Source: Candidatus Pacearchaeota archaeon (GTDB lineage Archaea; Nanobdellota; Nanobdellia; Pacearchaeales; GW2011-AR1). From it: a stretch of DNA of 64,000 nt. Each line of letters opens with the position of its first letter. Within the stretch, counting starts at the first letter, position 1. A program made the position numbers and the translations under genes. Where the stretch lies: assembly GCA_002688415.1 (NCBI GenBank), contig NZCX01000021.1, positions 6,660 to 70,659 of the forward strand, written 5' to 3'. A model generated the notes under the pieces. The model had not been told where the DNA came from. It searched no databases and saw only the letters and a list, made by a program, of their open reading frames with translations. This document shows, one piece after another, positions 44,224 through 54,845 of the stretch.

Positions 44224-45609
44224 ATGGGCTTAAAGGATCTTTTACACAATCTTCCAGAGGTTACGGCACCAACGGAAAAGAAAGTAAGTTTTAAAACTGG
44301 AATTAAGTGGACATTAATAATTCTGGTAGCATATTTTATTCTTTCGAACATTACAATGTACGGCATAAGCGAATCTGCCTTAAGCCGTTTTGAATATTTG
44401 GCGATTTTACTTGGTACAACTTTTGGGTCCATCGTATCATTAGGTATTGGTCCAATCGTAATGGCTTCTATTATCCTTCAGCTTTTGGTTGGTTCTCAAA
44501 TACTAAATATCGATACTTCAACAACCGAAGGAAAGAAATTCTTCCAGGGAATACAAAAGCTTCTGGCGATGGCGTTTGTAGTATTCGAATCATTTGTTTA
44601 CGTTTTGATGGGGGGAATCCCAGCATCAAGCCCAGGATTAGTTCCAATTGTAATAGTCCAACTATGTTTGGGTGGTTTTATTATATTATTTATGGATGAG
44701 GTAATCACGAAATGGGGATTCGGATCAGGAATTAGTTTGTTTATTGCAGCAGGTATTGGTTGGAGATTGTTTACGCAACTATTCCAGTTTATGGGATCAA
44801 CAGGCTTTTGCAACATCTTAACCGGAGAAGATTGCATCGGAAATGTTTGGGCATTTGTTGCATCATTGGCCATGGCAGACGGAAGGGGGTCAATGTTGGC
44901 CTTGGTCCCAGTCCTCGTAACGGTGGCACTCTTCTTTTTAGTGGTATTTGCGCAAAGCCTTAAGGTGGAAATTCCTCTTTCATATGATCGGGTAAGAGGC
45001 TATGGAATAAGATGGCCGCTACAATTCTTTTATGCAGGGGTAATCCCAGTTATCCTTGTTTCAGCACTCGTCGCAAACATCCAGTTGCTGGGTAGTCTTT
45101 TGGAGAGCTGGCTAGGACACGAAACATTTCTTGGAACTTTTAGCAACGGAGCTCCTGTCGCAGGGCTAGCATACTGGGTACATTTTTCAAATATTGCAGA
45201 ATCTATAATAAACAACAATTTAATCTGGAAGCAAGTAGCCCAAGCAATACTTCACATTTTATTCTATATGTTCCTTTCAGTTATCTTTGCCTATTTCTGG
45301 GTTATGACTTCTGGCCAGGACGCAAAAAGCCAAGCAGATAGGATAATGAAAAGCGGAATGAGTATTCCAGGGTTTAGAAAGGATCCGAGGGTTTTAGAGT
45401 CAATACTTAAGAGATATGTTGGACCTTTAACCATAATGGGTGGTGCGGCAGTAGGGCTACTTGCAAGTGTGGCAGATTTGTTCGGCGCCCTGGTAGGAGG
45501 AACAGCAATTCTTTTGGCCATTATGATTCTTTATCAATTATACCAAAACATTGCACAACAGTATGCTATGGATATGAATCCAGCAATGAGAAATTTCTTC
45601 GGTGGATAA
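44224..45609 (+). CDS. secY: Protein translocase subunit SecY
   Basis: LGIGPIV.ASIILQLL, KWGFGSGISLFIAA, IPGFRKDPR. Confidence 0.97.
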   Translation: MGLKDLLHNLPEVTAPTEKKVSFKTGIKWTLIILVAYFILSNITMYGISESALSRFEYLAILLGTTFGSIVSLGIGPIVMASIILQLLVGSQILNIDTSTTEGKKFFQGIQKLLAMAFVVFESFVYVLMGGIPASSPGLVPIVIVQLCLGGFIILFMDEVITKWGFGSGISLFIAAGIGWRLFTQLFQFMGSTGFCNILTGEDCIGNVWAFVASLAMADGRGSMLALVPVLVTVALFFLVVFAQSLKVEIPLSYDRVRGYGIRWPLQFFYAGVIPVILVSALVANIQLLGSLLESWLGHETFLGTFSNGAPVAGLAYWVHFSNIAESIINNNLIWKQVAQAILHILFYMFLSVIFAYFWVMTSGQDAKSQADRIMKSGMSIPGFRKDPRVLESILKRYVGPLTIMGGAAVGLLASVADLFGALVGGTAILLAIMILYQLYQNIAQQYAMDMNPAMRNFFGG

Positions 45610-45641
45610 TCTTATAAACTCTTCAGTCTCTAAAAAATAAG

Positions 45642-46064
45642 ATGGTGATAGAACAAATAAACAGCTTGGTCCAGGCATATCCAATTTCCGCACTTATTAT
45701 AATCTCGGCAGTTCTTACCCTGATAACTAGCATACTGATGATGCATTTCACAGATCAAGAGCATATCAAAAACCTGAAAAAAAGACAAAAAGAACTACAA
45801 AAAGAACTAAAAGAATGCACAAAGAAAGGGGAGCACTCAAGAATTGGAGAATTGAACAATGAGATGATGGAGCTCACAGGAAAATTAATGAAAGCCTCCT
45901 TTAGCATGAAACAACTGGTAATAACAATGATACCATTCCTATTAATCTTTAGATGGCTAAGAACAATCTACATACCATTATACGGGAATTGGTGGATTCT
46001 TTGGTACATTCTTGCCAGCATGGTCGCAAGCACACTCTATAGAAAAATGTTCAAGATGGCCTAG
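45642..46064 (+). CDS. DUF106 / EMC3-TMCO1-like (Oxa1 superfamily) membrane protein
   Basis: TM, coiled coil, TM, and W..WYI..S motif; position after secY. Confidence 0.88.
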   Translation: MVIEQINSLVQAYPISALIIISAVLTLITSILMMHFTDQEHIKNLKKRQKELQKELKECTKKGEHSRIGELNNEMMELTGKLMKASFSMKQLVITMIPFLLIFRWLRTIYIPLYGNWWILWYILASMVASTLYRKMFKMA

Positions 46065-46869
46065 CGGCTTTAGCTCTTCTAATAAACTCCTTTGGCCCAA
46101 GAACACCGAATTCACTTACAATACCATTAACTAATTTTATAGGGGTCTTATCAAAGGCAGGATAAACCACTTCTATCTCTTTTTTATTGTCTTTCCAAAC
46201 TTCTCTCCCGGACCTATTCTCAACTCTAACTTTGTCAGTATATTTCATTGCAGTACCACAACAATATCTTCTAACGCCATGTAGCTTAGCAAGCCTGCAG
46301 AGGGTTGCAGTTCCAATCTTGTTTATTATCTTGTTCTTAGTAAAGGCATCAACTCCGAATAAGAACAAATCACAATTCTTCAAAAGTTGTTCAGCCGATA
46401 GGTCGGGGCCGATGGTTGTTTTTATCCGAGACCTAGCAAGCTCTTTAGCAGTCATCCTTCCCTGAAGCAAAGGCTCAACCTCAATCGTATAAACATGAAA
46501 TTTCTTTTTCTGCTTCTTCGCCTCTTTTAAGATCTCAATAACACTAGATGAATGACAGTGAGTAAAAATATTCATTTTATTCTCGATTAATTTGGCACCT
46601 TCCCGCGCCATTTTCTTACGAGAAGAAAGGGTATTCTTTTTCAGTTGGCTTGCTGTTTTTGCAACATCCTTTGATTTCTTCAGTAGACGAATAAAATTCT
46701 GAAGCAATGGTTCGGTGGGCCTAGCAGATAAAATTTTCTTTGCACATTTCTTTGTAGGGCATTTAATGTATGCTTCAACCCCGGCAAGAGCAACATTTGT
46801 CGCTCCCTGAATCTTTATAGATTTTATATCTTCGACTATACCATCAAAACTATCGCCTCTCTTAGCCAT
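46051..46869 (-). CDS. Ribose-1,5-bisphosphate isomerase (eIF2B-like family)
   Basis: IQGA, RPTEP, THCHSS (catalytic Cys), G.DA (Asp), NKIGT, PAFD.TP. Confidence 0.82.
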   Translation of the reverse strand: MAKRGDSFDGIVEDIKSIKIQGATNVALAGVEAYIKCPTKKCAKKILSARPTEPLLQNFIRLLKKSKDVAKTASQLKKNTLSSRKKMAREGAKLIENKMNIFTHCHSSSVIEILKEAKKQKKKFHVYTIEVEPLLQGRMTAKELARSRIKTTIGPDLSAEQLLKNCDLFLFGVDAFTKNKIINKIGTATLCRLAKLHGVRRYCCGTAMKYTDKVRVENRSGREVWKDNKKEIEVVYPAFDKTPIKLVNGIVSEFGVLGPKEFIRRAKAARPS

Positions 46870-46963
46870 AGACTATAGGGTAGAAGGCCATATAAAAAAG
46901 TTGTTATTTCCCAAAACCCTTAAAAACAACCATAGCCAAGGATTAATATGCTTGAGGTGAGAA

Positions 46964-47833
46964 ATGTTTGAAATGATTATCAAGCCCAAAAGGGCAGAGC
47001 GAAAACCATGGGAAATGTTCTTCATAGGTTTAATCTATGCAACAATTTCCCTGCTGTTAGTAAATTTTGTTTTTCGGATGGATGATGTATTAAAAGAAGG
47101 CTCCGGATTACTTCTAGTGCTTTTTACAGTGATGTTCTGTCTTCCCTTTGTTTATTTTCTGATAAAACTCGAAGAAGGAAAAGACGTTGAGATTACAGAT
47201 TCTGGAAAACTAATCAAAGAACATTCAAAAGCAATCTCTGCATTAATCTGGCTTTTCCTAGGATTTGTTGTAGCTTTTTCAATAGGATATATTGTGCTAG
47301 GAGACTCCGCCCCTGCAAACTTCAATTTTCAAATTAAAACCTACTGTATGATAAATAGTCCTCAAAACTATGACTACTGCCTGAATCAATATGGGCTTAT
47401 CAGCGGGGCGGCAACAAACACAACTTACTTTATGAAAATTCTAGTAAACAATCTCCAAGTGATGATCTTCACACTTTTATTCTCGCTGATTTTTGGAGCA
47501 GGGGCGATATTCATCTTGGTATGGAACGCGTCCGTCATAGCGGCAGCCATCGGAATCTTCGCAAAACAAGGACTTTGGAATTTACCTTGCGCTTACATTC
47601 GTTATTTAATTCATGGAATTCCCGAAATCGCAGCATATTTCATCGCCGCACTTGCTGGAGGAATAATTTCCGTGGCAATTATTCGAAAGGACCTGCATGA
47701 CGAAAGACTCTGGGGAATATTACAAGATGCCCTAATGTTATTCATAATTGCGATCATAGTTCTCATAATCTCTGGCCTAATGGAAGTTTATTTAACACCC
47801 GGCATAACTAGTTTCTTCAGTTGCAATCCATAA
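46964..47833 (+). CDS. SpoIIM/DUF95 family membrane protein
   Basis: ILVNN, WNAS, HGIPEIAAY, and terminal E..TP motif. Confidence 0.88.
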   Translation: MFEMIIKPKRAERKPWEMFFIGLIYATISLLLVNFVFRMDDVLKEGSGLLLVLFTVMFCLPFVYFLIKLEEGKDVEITDSGKLIKEHSKAISALIWLFLGFVVAFSIGYIVLGDSAPANFNFQIKTYCMINSPQNYDYCLNQYGLISGAATNTTYFMKILVNNLQVMIFTLLFSLIFGAGAIFILVWNASVIAAAIGIFAKQGLWNLPCAYIRYLIHGIPEIAAYFIAALAGGIISVAIIRKDLHDERLWGILQDALMLFIIAIIVLIISGLMEVYLTPGITSFFSCNP

Positions 47834-47864
47834 ACTTTTTAACCTTCCAAATCCCATATAACTC

Positions 47865-48884
47865 ATGGACTATCTCCTCTTAATAGCAATCTTGGTAAGT
47901 TTAGTTTCAACCCTCTTATTTTTACCACGTTGGATTTCAAAAACAAGAAAAATTGATTTAACATGGAGAGATATGAACAAATTCGGACATCCAAAAAATG
48001 TCTCGGCTAGCGGGGGAATAATAGTGGTATTTGCATTTGCAATATCTACATTAATTTATCTGGGTCTAAAGACTTTTATTTACGCACCTTCAATTCATCA
48101 AACAAAGATCTTAGCAGTTTTAGCCGTAGTATTATTCTATGCCTTAATAGGTTTAACAGACGATTTACTGGGGTGGAAACACGGGGGATTAACAAAGCGC
48201 TCAAGGATACTTTTGGCAATTCTGGCCTCAATTCCTCTTGCAGTAATAAATGCAGGTAATTCAACAGTCTCACTTCCATTCTTCGGAGGGATAAATCTCG
48301 GAATTTATTTTCCACTTATAGTCGTTCCATTGGCCGTTGCATTTGTTGCGACAACATATAATTTTCTAGCAGGATTCAATGGGCTTGAGACAGGACTTGG
48401 AATAATGATTCTATCTTTCGCAAGTTTCGTAGCATATGTCACAGGGTCTCCCTGGCTGGCCGTAATCGGACTTTGTATGGTGGCTTCCCTGATAGTTTTC
48501 CTCTTCTTTAACTGGTTTCCTGCAAAAGTCTTCTCAGGAGATGTAATGACTTATGCTATCGGTGCACTATTTATTTCAATGGCCATTTTAGGAAACTTTG
48601 AACGAATAGCAATAATAGTCTTTATTCCATTTGCAATAGAAGCAATCCTAAAGGTCTTAAGGGGAAAAGGCAGAAAACATTCCTTCGGAAAACCAGATAA
48701 AGATAATCACCTTGAAATGCCTTACAAAAAAATCTACGGTCTAACACACTTCTCAATATGGTTTTTGAAAAAAATCAAAAGAAATGCAACAGAAGTAAGA
48801 GTTGTTTTCTTAATTTATATTATGCAATTAGTTTTTATCCTCCTGGCGATAATTTATCTTATGCTTCGAGGAGGTCTAGTTTAA
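47865..48884 (+). CDS. Polyprenyl-phosphate GlcNAc-1-P transferase (MraY/GPT, AglH-like)
   Basis: D.NK, GG, GLTDD, N..AGFNGLE, N.FPAKVFSGD. Confidence 0.9.
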   Translation: MDYLLLIAILVSLVSTLLFLPRWISKTRKIDLTWRDMNKFGHPKNVSASGGIIVVFAFAISTLIYLGLKTFIYAPSIHQTKILAVLAVVLFYALIGLTDDLLGWKHGGLTKRSRILLAILASIPLAVINAGNSTVSLPFFGGINLGIYFPLIVVPLAVAFVATTYNFLAGFNGLETGLGIMILSFASFVAYVTGSPWLAVIGLCMVASLIVFLFFNWFPAKVFSGDVMTYAIGALFISMAILGNFERIAIIVFIPFAIEAILKVLRGKGRKHSFGKPDKDNHLEMPYKKIYGLTHFSIWFLKKIKRNATEVRVVFLIYIMQLVFILLAIIYLMLRGGLV

Positions 48885-48885
48885 A

Positions 48886-49548
48886 ATGCAACAAGAAGTG
48901 AATAAGTATTTAACAAAAGTTTATCTTTGGATGGGAATCGGGCTTTTACTCTCTGCATTATTCGCTTTCTTCGTCTATATCTCTCCACAACTCCAACAGT
49001 TCATTTTTGGCAACATGATTACTTTTTGGATTTTAATTATCTTCGAACTTGGGCTAGTTGTAATGATCTCGGGAATTATAAAATCTGTATCTTCAAAAAC
49101 AGCGACGGGACTCTTCTTTCTTTACTCTGCCTTAAATGGTTTAACACTCTCAGCAATTTTGTTCATCTATCAAATTCAATCAATCTTTTTCGTGTTCATA
49201 ATCGCTGCCGCAATGTTTTTTGCAATGGCTGTTTACGGAGCAACAACTAAAAGAGACTTAAGTGGCTGGGGTAAAATTCTCTTCGGGGTTTTAATCGGAC
49301 TTATAATCGCCCTCCTGATAAACATGTTTTTAAGAAGCGCAGCATTCGATTTCTGGCTGGCAATCATCGGAGTAATTCTCTTTGCAGGATTAACGGCGTA
49401 CGATAACCAGAAGCTCATAAAAATCTTCAAAAGCATAAAAGATAAGGAGAAAATAGCACGTTGGACAATTATTGGTGCACTTTCACTATATTTGGATTTC
49501 ATTAACCTTTTCTTAAGTTTACTAAGGCTGATTGGCGAGAGAAGATAA
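48886..49548 (+). CDS. Bax inhibitor-1/YccA family membrane protein
   Basis: KVYLWM, YG.TTKRDLS, TAYD.Q, ALSLYLDFINLF. Confidence 0.93.
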   Translation: MQQEVNKYLTKVYLWMGIGLLLSALFAFFVYISPQLQQFIFGNMITFWILIIFELGLVVMISGIIKSVSSKTATGLFFLYSALNGLTLSAILFIYQIQSIFFVFIIAAAMFFAMAVYGATTKRDLSGWGKILFGVLIGLIIALLINMFLRSAAFDFWLAIIGVILFAGLTAYDNQKLIKIFKSIKDKEKIARWTIIGALSLYLDFINLFLSLLRLIGERR

Positions 49549-49578
49549 CTTTTTAAACTAAATTCATTAAGGTTAACT

Positions 49579-52278
49579 ATGAAAAAAGATGATTTTAAAG
49601 ATATAAAACTTTTTGTCTCTAATCCAAAGTTCCAATGGGCCTTAACCATAATTCTACTTTTAATTGTAATCTCTCTGAGTGCAAATATCAGATTATCAAA
49701 TTTAGATAATCTAAAAGATTCAACAACCGGAGAGTATATCCCCTTAGCTTTGGATCCATTTTATTTTCTGAGAGTTACACAAACACTAGCTGAGCCTGGA
49801 CCAATACCAGAGACAGACGCCATGAGATATTTTCCGGGAAGTGAAACGCAATGGCTTTCCGAGATCATGCCGAATGTGAATCTTGCAATTTATAAAGCAT
49901 TTTCACCAATTTTCCCCGGAACTCTTGAGTTTTACCACGTAATCTCCCCAGTAATCTATTATATCTTTGGACTTGCATTATTTTTTGCACTTGTTTGTAT
50001 CATAACAAAGAAAAAGTCTCTAGCAGTAATTGCATCCACCTTTCTTGCATTTAATCCAGCATACCTCTATCGTACAATGGCTGGGTTTGCAGACCATGAA
50101 TCTATCGGAATGGTTGCGTTTTTTCTTACACTTCTTATTTATTCCATCGCCCTGTATTACCTAGACCATAAAAAATCTAAACATTACAAAACAGCCCTGT
50201 GGGGGCTGGCAGTCGGATTTACTACGGCATTAACAATCGCCTCGTGGGCAGGGGTGGCAAAATTCCTCTTCATCATAATTCCCCTAAGTCTTTTTTTAGT
50301 TTATTTATTTAATATAAAGAAGACAGAAGGTTTTTCTACAAAAATTATTCCATTTTACGTATTTTGGATAGTTTCTACAGGGCTATTTGGAGGATTGCTT
50401 GGACAGGGAATAATAAAAACCTTTAATTCATTCCTTCAATCTCAAGCGATAATCTCTCTTGCAATCTTCGGTTTTATTCTTATTGATGCTCTTCTAATAA
50501 ACTTAAATTTTAAAAAGATAAAAGAAAAGTTTAGAACCTTATATTCTTTAATCGCCACAGGAATTCTAGGATTTTTTGCCCTCCCAATAATTGGAAAAAA
50601 TCCTATAACTTTAATCTCAGAGATAGTTAACTCATTAATCGCCCCATTCAGGGGTGCTGCAGGGGGAACAAGACTTGGTGCAACAGTTGCAGAAAATGCA
50701 CAACCATTTCTGAATACTTGGATTTCCCAGATGACTCCAACAATTTTCTGGTTATTCTTTTTAGGAGTAGTCTTATTTGGAATTCTTCTAGCAAGAAAAA
50801 TAAAAAGTTTAAAACATTCAATTTACTTTGGCGCAGCATATCTCTTTATGGTTTGTGGGATAATATTCTCGAAATATTCTGCGTCAAGTTTATTCAATGG
50901 AGATAATTTCATCAGTCAGGCATTTTACATAATCTCGCTATTAACTTTCTGGATTTATTTCTTCTATCTCTATACAAAAAAAGAATTTTCTTGGACTGGG
51001 CAGGACGCACTATTATTTGCACTAATGTTCTTTACAATTGTTTCTGGAAGGGCAGCAGCGAGAGTATTCTTCTTAATAACTCCTTTCGTCTGTTTATTCG
51101 CAGCCTATCTCCTAGTTGAATTATTTGAATTAATAAAAAAGAATAAGGATTTAACTTTTAGAATCTCCCTGGGAGTAATATTACTATTATCACTTATTCC
51201 TGCCATTACTGGAACCTATGACAATTACAATTCCTTAGACTCCTCGGCACAATTTACCTCACCATCAGCACACATACAATGGCAAGAGGCAATGAGGTGG
51301 GTAAGGGAAAACACGGCTGAAGATGCAGTATTCAGTCATTGGTGGGATTACGGTTATTGGGTTGAATCCCTTGGAGAAAGAAGAACAATTGCAGATGGTG
51401 GACATTTTCAAGGAGAATATTCTAATCATAAAATAGGAAGGTACATCTTAACCACTCCAAATCCAGAGACGGCATACTCAATGTTCAAATCACTTGAAAC
51501 AACTCATTTATTAATTGATCCAACCGACCTCGGAAAATATGGGGCTTATTCAAAGATTGGAGGAGATTTAAATTATGATCGGTTTAGTTCGTTACCTGTT
51601 GGATCCTATGATTCTAAACAAATCCAGGAAACAAAAGACCATCTAGTGATTCCCTATTCTTTAAATGGTTTTGTCGACGAGGATATAATTTACAATAACA
51701 ATGGAACAGAGATCTTTTTGCCTGGCCCAACCTTTGATGAGTATGGAAACCCCTCAGCAAAATCGTTCATAATTGGTTTTATCTTAAAAAGAACAGATGC
51801 AAATATTCAGCAACCAGAGGCAGTGTATTTCCATAACAATAACCAATACAATATCCCCCTAAGGTATGTTTATTTAAACGAAAGACTAATTGATTTTGGT
51901 TCAGGGCTAGATGCTGTAATTGATTTTATTCCTTCAGTAAATCAAGGGGCTCAGGGAGTTTCAATTGACCCCTTCGGGGCAGCAATTTATCTATCCCCTA
52001 AGGTAAGGGATTCCCTATTCGCTCAAGTTTATTTATTGGATGATGCTTTCGGAAACTACAACGACTTAAGTCTTGTGCACGAAGAGGACAGCCAGGTTGT
52101 AGAATCTTTAAAGCAACAGGGAGCATTAACTTCGGAATTTATTTATTACCAAGGATTGCAAGGACCAATTAAAATATGGGAGACAGGTTACCCTGCAGAG
52201 ACAGAGATGTTAGAGGGGCTAGTCCATCACAACGAGGCTGGCAATTGTTATGGGTGTCTTGACGGACTGTGGGAATGA
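49579..52278 (+). CDS. aglB: Oligosaccharyltransferase AglB (STT3)
   Basis: LDPFY, GFADHE, TVAE and WWDYG motifs; many N-terminal TMs. Confidence 0.95.
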   Translation: MKKDDFKDIKLFVSNPKFQWALTIILLLIVISLSANIRLSNLDNLKDSTTGEYIPLALDPFYFLRVTQTLAEPGPIPETDAMRYFPGSETQWLSEIMPNVNLAIYKAFSPIFPGTLEFYHVISPVIYYIFGLALFFALVCIITKKKSLAVIASTFLAFNPAYLYRTMAGFADHESIGMVAFFLTLLIYSIALYYLDHKKSKHYKTALWGLAVGFTTALTIASWAGVAKFLFIIIPLSLFLVYLFNIKKTEGFSTKIIPFYVFWIVSTGLFGGLLGQGIIKTFNSFLQSQAIISLAIFGFILIDALLINLNFKKIKEKFRTLYSLIATGILGFFALPIIGKNPITLISEIVNSLIAPFRGAAGGTRLGATVAENAQPFLNTWISQMTPTIFWLFFLGVVLFGILLARKIKSLKHSIYFGAAYLFMVCGIIFSKYSASSLFNGDNFISQAFYIISLLTFWIYFFYLYTKKEFSWTGQDALLFALMFFTIVSGRAAARVFFLITPFVCLFAAYLLVELFELIKKNKDLTFRISLGVILLLSLIPAITGTYDNYNSLDSSAQFTSPSAHIQWQEAMRWVRENTAEDAVFSHWWDYGYWVESLGERRTIADGGHFQGEYSNHKIGRYILTTPNPETAYSMFKSLETTHLLIDPTDLGKYGAYSKIGGDLNYDRFSSLPVGSYDSKQIQETKDHLVIPYSLNGFVDEDIIYNNNGTEIFLPGPTFDEYGNPSAKSFIIGFILKRTDANIQQPEAVYFHNNNQYNIPLRYVYLNERLIDFGSGLDAVIDFIPSVNQGAQGVSIDPFGAAIYLSPKVRDSLFAQVYLLDDAFGNYNDLSLVHEEDSQVVESLKQQGALTSEFIYYQGLQGPIKIWETGYPAETEMLEGLVHHNEAGNCYGCLDGLWE

Positions 52279-52874
52279 GGAGATTTAAGAAATGGGGAGA
52301 CAATCTTAATAAAAAAGAGCAAATAGCTCAGTTAAGGGAGCGATATGAATATAAAAACTTTAAAACAAATGAGCCGGTTTTAGATATCGGGGGAGGGGGC
52401 GGTTTTTTTCTAGAGTCACAAGGAATAAAAGAGGCCACAATAATTGATTTTACAAAAAATAAAAATCCGAAATTCAAGTATATCTCGGCAGATATAACAA
52501 AGGAATTACCCAAGTTAAAAGAAAAATTCAAAACAATTTTCATCACAGAGGTTTTAGAGCACCTAAAAAATCCGCTGTATTTACTTGCCCAGGTTTATGA
52601 CTTCCTAGGTGAGGAAGGAGTATGCTACATCTCAATACCCTATACAGAAATAGGGCCAGAACACCACCATGTCTGTCGTTGGAAGAAAAATGAAATATTG
52701 GATCAAACAAGAAAGCTGGGATTCGATTCGAAAATCATTATGTCTCGAAGAAGATTTAGGGGGTTAGGTTTCTGGTTGCCTAACTCTTGGCTAGTTTTAG
52801 CATTAAGAACAAGAGCGAAGAATACAAACAAAAAAAATCTACAAGCTTATAATGGGGATGAAGAATTAGTCTAG
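52275..52874 (+). CDS. Class I SAM methyltransferase
   Basis: VLDIGGGGG, EVLEHL, ISIP. ATGA overlap with aglB. Confidence 0.85.
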   Translation: MRRFKKWGDNLNKKEQIAQLRERYEYKNFKTNEPVLDIGGGGGFFLESQGIKEATIIDFTKNKNPKFKYISADITKELPKLKEKFKTIFITEVLEHLKNPLYLLAQVYDFLGEEGVCYISIPYTEIGPEHHHVCRWKKNEILDQTRKLGFDSKIIMSRRRFRGLGFWLPNSWLVLALRTRAKNTNKKNLQAYNGDEELV

Positions 52875-53971
52875 TCTTCCAATGCGCCAATATAAATCTT
52901 TTCAAGCTTTTCATTCCGTTTCTTTATAGAAAATTTCCCATCAATAAATTGTTTTTGAGCTGCCTTGGACATTTTTTTTAAGAGTTTTTTATTGAGGTAT
53001 AATAATTCAATTTTCTTTATCATCTCTCTTATTGCAGCTTCACTAAATTCCCTTCTCTCTAGATTTACGTTTTTATCTTCAATAATAAATCCAGTTTTAT
53101 TATTAGCTATGGTTTCATTGACAGTATGTGTCGATGCTGTTTTTGTGGCTATGACTGGTAAGCCAAAGGACTGGGCCTCAAGAATCGCAAAACCTAATGT
53201 GTCTGAGAAAGTAGGATATAAAAAGACATCAGCGCTAGGATAAAATAATTCAAATAAGTTTTCCTGCGTAACCAACTGATGCAAGTCTATTCTTTCTGAA
53301 TTTTTATATTTTTTTAAGAGACCGGGAGGGATATCTCCAATTAAGATTCCTTGGATATCTTTAAATCTTCTAGTAAGGTCTTCAATAGCCTTAAGCGCAA
53401 CATAGCCTCCCTTTCCTTTAAAATCTCGTCCGATAAATAAAATCTTAAATGGGCCGGATTTCTCTTCTTTCTTCTTTCTTATAGGCATTGCAGGATAAAC
53501 TAGCTCAACTTTTTCATGAATCTCTGGAAATCTTTCTAAAATATTTTTTTTAGACCATTCAGACCAAGGGAGTATTTTTTTACAGTGTGAAGATTCTAGG
53601 ATTCTAAGAATCTTTCTCCGAGAAGACTTTTTGTTTATGCTTGCCCAAAATTGATCCGCAAATTCTATATCTGCAACCCAAGGTTTCTTATTCAAGCTAA
53701 GACAGTGTGCACAATGGATCAAATTGAATTTGGTCGAAGATTTTGTAAGGTGTGCATTTGGTAGGGAAGGATAAAAGCTACGTATAAGATTTCTCGCAAA
53801 CCTCTTAAATCGGATATTTTGCCAAAGCTTTTCTTTCTCAGTAACAATTTCTCTTTTTCCATTCATATATGTTACGTTTCTTGGGGGAAAATCAATCAGG
53901 TTTTTATAATAGGCACTATCTGACGATTTCCAAGGGTACTGCATATGCACACCAATCTCTTTTATTGCCAT
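52871..53971 (-). CDS. GT4 glycosyltransferase
   Basis: FIGR...KG, ADVFLYPT..DTLG..ILEA..GLPVI. Confidence 0.9.
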   Translation of the reverse strand: MAIKEIGVHMQYPWKSSDSAYYKNLIDFPPRNVTYMNGKREIVTEKEKLWQNIRFKRFARNLIRSFYPSLPNAHLTKSSTKFNLIHCAHCLSLNKKPWVADIEFADQFWASINKKSSRRKILRILESSHCKKILPWSEWSKKNILERFPEIHEKVELVYPAMPIRKKKEEKSGPFKILFIGRDFKGKGGYVALKAIEDLTRRFKDIQGILIGDIPPGLLKKYKNSERIDLHQLVTQENLFELFYPSADVFLYPTFSDTLGFAILEAQSFGLPVIATKTASTHTVNETIANNKTGFIIEDKNVNLERREFSEAAIREMIKKIELLYLNKKLLKKMSKAAQKQFIDGKFSIKKRNEKLEKIYIGALED

Positions 53972-54004
53972 AAACTTTATTAAGGATCAAGGTATTTAAG
54001 GGTT

Positions 54005-54763
54005 ATGAAAATAATCCGAAAAAAAGGAGTAATAAAGAATCTTCTAAATTTGCCGGCCCCTGTAAAGAAAAAGCTTTTTGGGCTAAGGGATTTTGAAGGG
54101 GCATATATCACTGCAACTCTTGTTGGAAAAAAAAAGAAGGTGTTAAATGTTGGCTGTCTTTGGGGAAGAGAAAATTTTTTTTTAACTTCTCTTGGTAAAG
54201 AAGTTATAAATCTTGATCTTGGAAAACAAAAGGTTCCAAACCTTGTAATTGGAGATATATCTAAAAGAACTCCATTTAAAGATAATGAGTTTGATGCGAT
54301 TGTTATGGGGGAGATAATAGAACATGTTTTTGAGGATGTCCGGGCGCTGGAAGAGATTAGGAGAATTTTAAAGGATGACGGATGTCTCGTATTAACAGTT
54401 CCTTATTTCGACGATAACCCCTCTTATCACGTTCGAATGCATTCAAAGAGAACCATAAAAAGGCTTCTTGAAAATTGTGGGTTTAGAGTTCAAGAGGAGG
54501 TAACGAGGGGGGGTTTAATTTCATTATCAAAATTATTCGTTTTGCCTTCTCTAATTTTAAAATATTTGAATAAGCCATTAAGAGTAAGATATCTAATGTT
54601 CCTTTCAGAACTTGATTATATTTTAGGAAACAAGAAGCCTTTTTTATTCAAATTCTCAAAGTCTTACGGAGGATATTTTCTGTGCACTAAGGGGAAGAAT
54701 AAGGATTTTGTAGGGGTTAATACCAAGTCTTTTATAAAAAGGCCAAACAGTCTCAAGGATTAG
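54005..54763 (+). CDS. Class I SAM methyltransferase
   Basis: VLNVGCLWG, PFKDNEFDAI, EIIEHV, LVLTVP. Confidence 0.88.
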   Translation: MKIIRKKGVIKNLLNLPAPVKKKLFGLRDFEGAYITATLVGKKKKVLNVGCLWGRENFFLTSLGKEVINLDLGKQKVPNLVIGDISKRTPFKDNEFDAIVMGEIIEHVFEDVRALEEIRRILKDDGCLVLTVPYFDDNPSYHVRMHSKRTIKRLLENCGFRVQEEVTRGGLISLSKLFVLPSLILKYLNKPLRVRYLMFLSELDYILGNKKPFLFKFSKSYGGYFLCTKGKNKDFVGVNTKSFIKRPNSLKD

Positions 54764-54845
54764 AGTTCTTTAAGTATTAAAGTCTTTTTTATTATTTTAT
54801 TAAAAAGAACACAATCTTTTTAAGTGCATACCTCTCATAGTATTG

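Noticed and set aside
46051..46869. Translation factor aIF-2B subunit
   Set aside because: The THCHSS catalytic Cys, the G.DA Asp and the presence of AMP phosphorylase favour R15P isomerase.
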